Part shown: positions 17,714-25,360 of the stretch, one piece after another
Layout: the number at the start of each line of letters is the position of its first letter
Numbering within the stretch: position 1 is the stretch's first letter
Assembly: GCA_001818315.1 (NCBI GenBank)
Contig: MHKF01000012.1
Span: 128,080-192,079 of the forward strand
Source of the DNA: Candidatus Kerfeldbacteria bacterium RIFCSPLOWO2_02_FULL_42_19
GTDB lineage: Bacteria; Patescibacteriota; Patescibacteriia; HO2-48-17
DNA length: 64,000 bases
Direction: 5' to 3'
Translations under genes and position numbers: made by a program
Notes under the pieces: model-generated
What the model was told of the DNA's origin: nothing
What the model saw: the letters and a program-made list of their open reading frames with translations, nothing else
Databases searched by the model: none

Positions 17714-18040
17714 AAAACTTGATTTTTTCCTTGCGCTTTCGAAGCAGGGTTATTCATGGGATGAGTGAAAAATGGTATGTTACCTCTCGATATACCAATT
17801 ATATCTTACTACGATATAGTGTCAAGATTCTTCGAAGTACGAAGTGGCTTTTGTTGAGGATGCATCGAGAATGAGATCGGTTTTTTTTCGTATTTTTATG
17901 GACTGTAAAAGTATTCCCTCTTGAGCCGAAGTTTTTCCGTAATTGACCCACCAAAATTTTTATGGTAATCTTTAGCTGTCTCATGAATGTTTTTGCACAT
18001 TTATAATTTTTATTTTCGTCTTTCAGTACGAAAGACACGA

Positions 18041-18116
18041 TCCGCGGTAGCTCAGTTGGTAGAGCAGTTGGCTGTTAACCAATTGGTCGTGGGTTCGAGT
18101 CCCACCCGCGGAGCCA
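18041..18116 (+). tRNA. tRNA-Asn (anticodon GUU)
   Basis: 7-bp acceptor stem tccgcgg/ccgcgga, D-arm TAGCTCAGTTGGTAGAGC, anticodon loop cuGUUaa, T-arm GGTTCGAGTCC, encoded CCA; 76 nt. Confidence 0.85.
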
Positions 18117-18122
18117 TCACTT

Positions 18123-19649
18123 ATGCGTACTACCAAGCGAGTACTCAATATTATTCATATTGCTTCTGAAGTCGATCCGCTTTCTAAGCGCGGCGGTCTT
18201 GCTGATGTCGTTGAATCTTTGCCAAAAGCTCTCAAAGCTCTTGGACATGACGTATGTCTTTTTACTCCGCTCTATGGTTCGATTGATCGACAGCAGTTCC
18301 ATCTTCAGAATATTAAAAATGACATTCCTTTAAAGATCGATGCAACGACTTCCGTAAGTTTTCATATTTGGAAAGGTGAACTTCCTTCTGGTATCACTGT
18401 TTTCTTTATCGATAACCATGAATATTTCGGGCGATACAAAACTATCTATTTAAGCGAAGAAGGTTCTATCGCCGATAATGCCCGTTTTTTATTCTTTGAT
18501 CTTGCGGTGCTTAAGGTTATTATTGAACTTAATCTCAAACCAGATATTTTGCATTGTCATGATTACCAGTCTGGTCTTGTGCCTTATTTTCTCAAATATC
18601 GCTTTCGAAAAAGTAAGTTTTTCAAAAATACTGCAACGGTTTTCACAATACATAATCTCGTCTTTCAACTCGGTCGCAATTGGTGGGAAGTCCCCCCTGA
18701 ACTTAAAGACGACGGTCGATTGAAATTACCTTTGATGACCGCTGTCGATCAAATTTCCGCTATTAATTTTATGAAACGAGCGATCCTCACTGCTGATATG
18801 GTGAATACCGTTTCTGAGCAGTATGCTCTTGAAGTCCTGACGCCTGAAGTCGGTCAGAATCTTTATCGGTTGCTGAATAGCAAATACGATACGGGCCGGT
18901 TTATTGGTATCGTTAACGGCATTGATTACAATGAATACAATCCCGAAACAGACCCCGGCTTGTTTCGGAAGTTTTCCATCGATACATTGCAACTGAAACA
19001 AGAAAATAAAATCGGTCTGCAGAAAATGTTTCGACTGCCGTTGAATCCGTTGATTCCGGTGATCGGGAGTACGAGTCGTATTGCCGAACAAAAAGGTTTT
19101 GATCTCGTGATGCGTGTTGTCGAAACGTTCGCGCATTTGCCGTTGCAACTTATATTGTTTGGTGACGGTGGCCGTGAATATATTTCTTTTTTTAAAAATA
19201 TCGCACGTAGATATCCAAAGAAGATCGCAATCCAGCCTTTTGAAAGTCAGGATGAAACAAAAATTCTTGCGGGTTCCGATATGTTTTTGCTCCCTTCTCG
19301 ATTTGAACCGTGTGGACTTGGACAATTAAAAAGTTTACGATACGGTAGTATTCCCATTGTGCGTGCGACGGGTGGACTCATCGATACCGTAACAAATTAC
19401 GATCCCCGAACGCAGAAAGGAAATGGCTTCGTGTTCCGTAGTTATAATTCCAAACATCTACTGGTCGCTGTTGTTCGTGCTATGGAAAATTTCAAATATG
19501 CAAAGGAATGGAACGCGCTTGTTAAGCGCGGTATGCAACTTTCTTTTTCTTGGGCGCTGCCGGCAAAAAAATATGTCAAACTCTATCGTCATGCACTTCA
19601 TGTGAAAAACGGTAGTGATGCCGTCGATGTGTATAGCGAAAATACATGA
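18123..19649 (+). CDS. glgA: glycogen/starch synthase (GT5, GlgA-like), copy 1
   Basis: N-terminal IASEVDPLSKRGGLADVV (K-x-GGL motif); GT-B C-terminal region with E…PCGL. Confidence 0.8.
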   Translation: MRTTKRVLNIIHIASEVDPLSKRGGLADVVESLPKALKALGHDVCLFTPLYGSIDRQQFHLQNIKNDIPLKIDATTSVSFHIWKGELPSGITVFFIDNHEYFGRYKTIYLSEEGSIADNARFLFFDLAVLKVIIELNLKPDILHCHDYQSGLVPYFLKYRFRKSKFFKNTATVFTIHNLVFQLGRNWWEVPPELKDDGRLKLPLMTAVDQISAINFMKRAILTADMVNTVSEQYALEVLTPEVGQNLYRLLNSKYDTGRFIGIVNGIDYNEYNPETDPGLFRKFSIDTLQLKQENKIGLQKMFRLPLNPLIPVIGSTSRIAEQKGFDLVMRVVETFAHLPLQLILFGDGGREYISFFKNIARRYPKKIAIQPFESQDETKILAGSDMFLLPSRFEPCGLGQLKSLRYGSIPIVRATGGLIDTVTNYDPRTQKGNGFVFRSYNSKHLLVAVVRAMENFKYAKEWNALVKRGMQLSFSWALPAKKYVKLYRHALHVKNGSDAVDVYSENT

Positions 19650-20926
19650 AAAAAAATGTAACACAATTTTCTGGAGTCAGGCGTGAATCGCGCTCTATTC
19701 CTTGGGCAGCCCTTTTTCATATCTATCAACCAGATCACTGGGATCCGCGAGTGATTCGAAAGGTTGCAAAAGAAGCGTATTATCCCTTTCTACGCATGTT
19801 GCAAAAAAATCCGAATCATAAAATCACTTTGAATATTTGTGCTTCCCTTACCGAACAGTTGAGTCGTCACGGTATGTCGGACCTTTTGCGTGGCTTTGCT
19901 CTCTGCGCACAGCGCGGTCAAATTGAGTTTACTCAAACAGCAAAGTATCATCCTATTTTACCGAAATTACCGCGTAAGGAAATTATCCGGCAGTTTGAAT
20001 TGAACTATGCAACGAATCGAGCGTTTTTTGGAGAGGCTTTCGCGCCTCGAGGTGTGTTTTTACCGGAGATGTGCATGAATCACAATGTCGCTTCGATTAT
20101 TGCTGAGCTTGGATATGAGTGGATTGTGTTGGATGAAATTGCGTATGCCGGACGCATCGGCGATGTTTCGTTTCGTTATAAATATTACGATCCGAAGAGC
20201 ACATTATTGCTTTTATTCCGTAATAGAATCTTAAGCGATGTATTTTTCCGGTTGGATTTGAATACTGTCAGCGAATTTCGTAATTTTATACTCGAAAAAT
20301 TAGCGCCGCAGTCACCGCTCGTTACTGCGCTTGATGGAGAAAATCTTGGGCATCATCGCAAAGGTATGGACGGGATATATCATAAGCTTGTGCAAAGTCG
20401 ACCGTTTGTAACTATGACCTATTCTGAACTTCTCGCAACACTGCCACTCAGGAAACTCTCACATCCTTTACATCCTTCAAGTTGGGCTTCGCGTTCCGAA
20501 GAACTCGCCCGCGGAGTGCCTTATATTCGTTGGGATGATCCTACCAATCCGATTCACACGTTACTCTGGGAGATTACCCGAGGGGTCTTGAAGATTTTTT
20601 ATAAACACCAGGCGAAAACCGTTTTATGCGGTGAAGCACGGATTCGACTCGATCAGGCACTGAACAGCGATCAGTATTGGTGGGCATCCACACAACCTTG
20701 GTGGAGTGTGGAAATTCTTTTTGCAGCCCTCGATGAGTGGAAACAGGTACTTTCGCAACTCGCTGGCGTGCCTCAACAAGAGATTCAAAAGATTATGCGA
20801 CTTATCACTCGCACGAAACGTCTCGTACGTACATGGCAAGACAAGGGCGTTGCGGAGCGTCGCCGACTCGCCTATCTACGCACCGTGCAGGAGGCAAGTT
20901 TTCTTGGAGGTAAAACAGTTTTATGA
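19646..20926 (+). CDS. glycoside hydrolase family 57 protein (alpha-glucan-active), copy 1
   Basis: GH57 blocks HIYQP…, IEFTQTAKYHPILP, GVFLPEMC (nucleophile Glu region), WIVLDE; overlaps the next gene by 4 nt. Confidence 0.6.
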   Translation: MKKNVTQFSGVRRESRSIPWAALFHIYQPDHWDPRVIRKVAKEAYYPFLRMLQKNPNHKITLNICASLTEQLSRHGMSDLLRGFALCAQRGQIEFTQTAKYHPILPKLPRKEIIRQFELNYATNRAFFGEAFAPRGVFLPEMCMNHNVASIIAELGYEWIVLDEIAYAGRIGDVSFRYKYYDPKSTLLLLFRNRILSDVFFRLDLNTVSEFRNFILEKLAPQSPLVTALDGENLGHHRKGMDGIYHKLVQSRPFVTMTYSELLATLPLRKLSHPLHPSSWASRSEELARGVPYIRWDDPTNPIHTLLWEITRGVLKIFYKHQAKTVLCGEARIRLDQALNSDQYWWASTQPWWSVEILFAALDEWKQVLSQLAGVPQQEIQKIMRLITRTKRLVRTWQDKGVAERRRLAYLRTVQEASFLGGKTVL

Positions 20927-22317
20927 TTTGGACTAATTTTTTACATATTTATCAGCCGCCGACGCAGAAGCAACGATGGGTGCGTAAAATCGCTAACGAA
21001 AGTTACCGCAAACTCATTCGTGGATTTTTGGATAATCCCAAAGCCAAAGTTACGATGAATGTGAATGCTGTACTTCTGGAACTTTTCGATCGATATGGAT
21101 GTCAGGATGTGATTGCCGGATTGCGTGAACTTGGCGAGCGCGGACAGATTGAATTTACGGCATCAGCAAAATATCATCCTTTTTTGCCGCTTATGCCTGA
21201 GACTGAAATTGTTCGTCAGATCGGACTGAATACGGAAACAAATCGCAAGTATTTAGGTCCGGCGTATCAACCCAAAGGTTTTTTCCCGCCTGAAATGGCA
21301 TATAATCGGCGTGTCGGTGAGATTGTGAGTAAGCTCGGTTTTCGTTGGATTATTCTTGATGAACTCGCTTCTGCGCCTGCAACAGGGACACTGTCTGCGA
21401 GCGCACTGTATGAAATTAAAGGCATCCCCGATTTTTATGTTTTTTTTCGTGATCGCGCCATGAGCTTTCGAATTCTTTCTGCACAGGTTGGCGTGAGTGT
21501 GTTTTCAAGTAACATGTTGTTGGATTTTTTAGGTGATCGTTTGAATCGTAACGAATATTTACTTACGGCAATGGACGGCGAAACATTTGGACATCATCGA
21601 CCGGGTCTTGAGATGTTATTGTTTGAGATTTACAAAGCAGAGGGCATTACTTCTCTCACGATTTCTCAGCTTTTTGAACATTTTCACGAAAAACGTGTTA
21701 TTGATCCGCGTGATTCCACGTGGGCATTGATGCGTCGGGATTTGGAACGTAATACACCTTTTTCGCGTTGGAAGAATGAACAGAACGAAATTCAAATGTG
21801 GCAATGGGAGCTTACCGATTTGGCGATTCGGAATGTGGAGCACTTTGAACGCGCTAAGCAGGTTACTGCGGCACAGCGTGCAGCGCTCGATCGCGCGCTG
21901 CACAGCGATCAATATTGGTGGGCTTCCGCTGAGCCGTGGTGGAGTATTGAAATGATCGAGGCAGGTGCAAAAGAGTTACGGGATGTTGTTTTGAGTCTGA
22001 GTGTTTCAGCTGCTACAAAGCGTAAAGCAGAAGAACTCTACAAAAATATTTTGTATCGAGCTTTTGATTGGCAGCGGTCAGGCAAAGTCGAAACGATGGC
22101 GAAAATGGCGGATGAAGATGTGACGCAGCGCATTACGACCGAGATTCCTTATATTCCGGAAGAAGAATTTAATACGATCGTTGCGAATTTGACGAAGCAA
22201 ATGAAGCAGGCTGCAGATGCTTTAGAATACGAACGCGCAGCGCAGATTCGCGAGCGCATTAGCGAGTTGAATGCAAAGAAAGACGAAATTACACAACCGA
22301 AAGAGTATCGACCGTGA
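20923..22317 (+). CDS. GH57-family protein with a C-terminal UVR (UvrB/UvrC-type) domain
   Basis: GH57 blocks as in the upstream paralog, plus a C-terminal ANLTKQMKQAADALEYERAAQIRERISEL UVR motif. Confidence 0.6.
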   Translation: MIWTNFLHIYQPPTQKQRWVRKIANESYRKLIRGFLDNPKAKVTMNVNAVLLELFDRYGCQDVIAGLRELGERGQIEFTASAKYHPFLPLMPETEIVRQIGLNTETNRKYLGPAYQPKGFFPPEMAYNRRVGEIVSKLGFRWIILDELASAPATGTLSASALYEIKGIPDFYVFFRDRAMSFRILSAQVGVSVFSSNMLLDFLGDRLNRNEYLLTAMDGETFGHHRPGLEMLLFEIYKAEGITSLTISQLFEHFHEKRVIDPRDSTWALMRRDLERNTPFSRWKNEQNEIQMWQWELTDLAIRNVEHFERAKQVTAAQRAALDRALHSDQYWWASAEPWWSIEMIEAGAKELRDVVLSLSVSAATKRKAEELYKNILYRAFDWQRSGKVETMAKMADEDVTQRITTEIPYIPEEEFNTIVANLTKQMKQAADALEYERAAQIRERISELNAKKDEITQPKEYRP

Positions 22318-22318
22318 A

Positions 22319-22411
22319 GCGAGGAGTTGAGTGTAGGGATAGTATAGCTTTCGAAGCACTAACATTGTACTGTGTGCTGAGAAAGTATATTATCCCTACA
22401 CTCAACTCCTC
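22319..22411. repeat. Family-B hairpin repeat, copy 2 (after the GH57-UVR stop)
   Basis: gaggagttgagtgtagggatagtatagctttcgaagcactaacattgtactgtgtgctgagaaagtat…atccctacactcaactcctc. Confidence 0.6.
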
Positions 22412-22488
22412 GTGCAATCGATTTGGATTATTGCAACGATGCGCCTTCTCGGTCATAATAATATCAAGATGTTCATTTGTGATTTTTA

Positions 22489-23955
22489 ATGTACATGAAA
22501 GCATTGCGTGTTTTATTTATTGCTTCTGAATTGAATCCACTCGCAAAAGTTGGAGGTCTTGCGGATGTTATTGGAGCTTTGCCGAAAGCTCTCAAAAAGC
22601 AAGGTGTGGATGTGCGAATCATGATCCCAAAGTATAGCATGATTGATCCCAAGCAATATCCGATGCAGCGTATTGCGCGACGCATTCCGGTGCGCCTCTA
22701 TAATCGCACTTACTTGGTTAATGTTTTTACAACGAAACTTCCGGGCACTTCCATCACGGTATATCTCATCGATCAAAAGGATTTCTTTGCAGACGGCGGA
22801 GTGTATTATTCAAAGACAGCTCTTGTAGGTACTTTTAAAGAAATCGAGAGATTTTTGTTTTTCGGTCGTGCGGCCCTTGAAAGCCTTCCGCATCTCGGCT
22901 GGAAGCCAGATATTTTGCATTGTAATGATTGGCACACCGCGTTTATTCCTGTATGGCTTAAGACCATCTATTGTTGTCATCATCCATTTTACGCTTCACT
23001 TCGCACGTTATATACCATTCATAATCTTGCGAATCAAGGCATTGGTGATCTGAAGCTTTTAAAAGTTGCGAATGTTTCTACGCGAGCTCTCCCGAGTCTT
23101 GAACGTGATGCTCGGAATAATGATATTGATCTCATGGTACAAGGTATTCTCACAAGCGACGCGATCAATACGGTGAGTCCAACGTATGTGAAGGAGATTC
23201 TGACACCGGAATACGGTGAGCGTTTAGACCCAGTCCTCAAACTCCGCCAGCGTGATCTTTATGGGATTTTGAACGGTATTGATACGGATGTTTTTAATCC
23301 TTCCACTGATGTGCATATTCGACAGCGTTATTCGGTGAAGAGTTTTGAACAGAAGCAGATCAATAAGGCGGCCTTGCAACAAATGTGTGGTTTTCATGTC
23401 GATCCGCGTGTACCCGTTTTTGGTATGGTATCGCGTTTGACTCATCAAAAAGGATTCGATCTTTTAATCAAACTGCGTAAGGAACTTATAAAACTTCCTA
23501 TGCAACTTGTCATTTTGGGCACTGGCGATGCAACGATTGAAAAAGCCCTTGTGGCGCTCAGCAAACGATCGTCGCGCACGATGTGTATTTTTTTGAAATT
23601 TGATGCCAAGCTCGCGCAGATGATTTATGCTGGCAGTGATTTTTTTCTTATGCCTTCTCGGTTTGAACCGTGTGGCCTTGGACAAATGATTGCTATGCGC
23701 TATGGTACTCCGCCTGTTGTACGATCGACTGGAGGACTTGCTGATACCGTGCGGCACCTCAAAACAGGTGTCGTCTTCCATGATTATGCCGCCAAAGCAC
23801 TTCTTGCTGCTTTACACACGGCGATCCGTATCTATCACAATCCTCACGTGTATACTGCGTTAGCGAAAGCCGGCATGAGACAAGATCTTTCGTGGGGCAG
23901 TTCTGCTCAAGTGTATATGCGATTATATCGTAAACTCCTTGCATCCCATTCATAA
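22489..23955 (+). CDS. glgA: glycogen/starch synthase (GlgA-like), copy 2
   Basis: IASELNPLAKVGGLADVIGALP; GT-B C-terminal SRFEPCGL. Confidence 0.8.
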   Translation: MYMKALRVLFIASELNPLAKVGGLADVIGALPKALKKQGVDVRIMIPKYSMIDPKQYPMQRIARRIPVRLYNRTYLVNVFTTKLPGTSITVYLIDQKDFFADGGVYYSKTALVGTFKEIERFLFFGRAALESLPHLGWKPDILHCNDWHTAFIPVWLKTIYCCHHPFYASLRTLYTIHNLANQGIGDLKLLKVANVSTRALPSLERDARNNDIDLMVQGILTSDAINTVSPTYVKEILTPEYGERLDPVLKLRQRDLYGILNGIDTDVFNPSTDVHIRQRYSVKSFEQKQINKAALQQMCGFHVDPRVPVFGMVSRLTHQKGFDLLIKLRKELIKLPMQLVILGTGDATIEKALVALSKRSSRTMCIFLKFDAKLAQMIYAGSDFFLMPSRFEPCGLGQMIAMRYGTPPVVRSTGGLADTVRHLKTGVVFHDYAAKALLAALHTAIRIYHNPHVYTALAKAGMRQDLSWGSSAQVYMRLYRKLLASHS

Positions 23956-23964
23956 CATTATTCT

Positions 23965-24894
23965 ATGCGTCCAGAAATTCGTAAAGATTATATTCAAGAT
24001 AAATATGTGATCATCGCTCCTAAGCGTGCACAGCGTCCTCATGATATTGAAAAACCGGTCACGCAATTTAAGACTGAAATTCCTGCCATGTGCGCTTTCT
24101 GCCCACAAAATATTAATAAAGTGAAGCCGGTGTATAAGAAGGGTCGGGATCATGGTTGGTTGATTTATGTCGTGAAGAATATTTTTCCTGCCGTGTCGCT
24201 TGACAATCCGGAATCTTACGGAACGCAAGAAGTGATTATCGAAACACCGGATCACACAAAACACATGGATGATTTGCCTGAGCGACATATCGCGTCGCTT
24301 CTCCATACGTATGCCGAACGAACGCGCGCTTTGGAAAAAATTTTGAACATTGATTATATTTTAATTTTTAAAAATAACGGCGGTGCAGCCGGTGCATCCT
24401 TGAAACATTCCCATTCCCAGATTTTTGCGACACGCTTTGTTCCGCCGCAGTTGATGGATAAGTCCCGCAAGGTTTTTGAGTATAAGCTTTTCAACGGCAG
24501 GTGCGTTTATTGCGATACGATCGATAAAGAATCAAAAGGTCCGCGGTTTGTATATAAAGATCAACATGTCATTGCTTTTACTCCGTATGCATCGATGCAT
24601 AATTACGAAATTTGGATTATGCCGCTTCGGCATGTGGATAACATTACGAAACTCACGCACGTGGAACATCATTCTTTTGCTCGTATCTTAAAGCGCATTC
24701 TTAAGAAAATTACCTACCTCAATTTGCCGTACAATTATTATTTTCATCAACTCGTGAACGATACGGATCAGCATTTGTATTTGAAAATTGTACCGCGCGG
24801 TTCGGTCTGGGCGGGCGTGGAAATTGGGTCTGGCCTGGTGATTAATGCGATTGCGCCGGAGGAAGCTGCTAAGTATTATCGCGGTGAATTGTAA
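23965..24894 (+). CDS. GalT-type HIT-family nucleotidyltransferase (galactose-1-phosphate uridylyltransferase / ADP-glucose phosphorylase-like)
   Basis: CAFCPQN zinc/active-site motif and HSHSQIF (H-x-H-x-Q), with an internal duplicated half-domain. Confidence 0.6.
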   Translation: MRPEIRKDYIQDKYVIIAPKRAQRPHDIEKPVTQFKTEIPAMCAFCPQNINKVKPVYKKGRDHGWLIYVVKNIFPAVSLDNPESYGTQEVIIETPDHTKHMDDLPERHIASLLHTYAERTRALEKILNIDYILIFKNNGGAAGASLKHSHSQIFATRFVPPQLMDKSRKVFEYKLFNGRCVYCDTIDKESKGPRFVYKDQHVIAFTPYASMHNYEIWIMPLRHVDNITKLTHVEHHSFARILKRILKKITYLNLPYNYYFHQLVNDTDQHLYLKIVPRGSVWAGVEIGSGLVINAIAPEEAAKYYRGEL

Positions 24895-24924
24895 ATATTC
24901 GGGAATTTTCGTCCTGTAATTGAA

Positions 24925-25090
24925 AGAGTGAAGAACGGCGAGCATATGTTTTTTCAAATGCGTTGTGATTACCAACTTTATGAGATAGAGAGGAAAGTGT
25001 GTACGAGAGCAACTTTTTCAAACGAATATCATTCATGTTTGGATATCACAGCATTTGAAAAAACATATGCTCGCCGTTCTTCACTATTCA
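24925..25090. repeat. Family-A element, copy 2 (conserved core in a different, locus-specific perfect ~28-bp stem)
   Basis: Arms agtgaagaacggcgagcatatgtttttt / aaaaaacatatgctcgccgttcttcact; the core aligns with 4567-4746. Confidence 0.6.
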
Positions 25091-25110
25091 TATATCAAAA
25101 ATAAGGAGAT

Positions 25111-25308
25111 ATGGAATTTGCAAATCTGCGCTGTCCCTATTGCGGACATGTACAACAGGTGACGGTGCCACAAAAAAGTTGTCTTTTTTCGCATCGCTGC
25201 GCGCGATGTCATGATCTTATTACCGTACCATCGACGAGTTCGGAATGCTGTGTAATTTGCGCTTATTCCGATACGAAGTGTCCAGTGAGTCGCTCACAGA
25301 GTAAGTAA
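25111..25308 (+). CDS. small Cys-rich zinc-ribbon protein (hypothetical)
   Basis: 65 aa with CPYCG…C…C..C and a second CC..C cluster; weak support. Confidence 0.3.
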   Translation: MEFANLRCPYCGHVQQVTVPQKSCLFSHRCARCHDLITVPSTSSECCVICAYSDTKCPVSRSQSK

Positions 25309-25360
25309 GTTGGAGCCTAAACACAGCACAACCTCTTTACTTTGGTAGCTAAAGAGGTTG

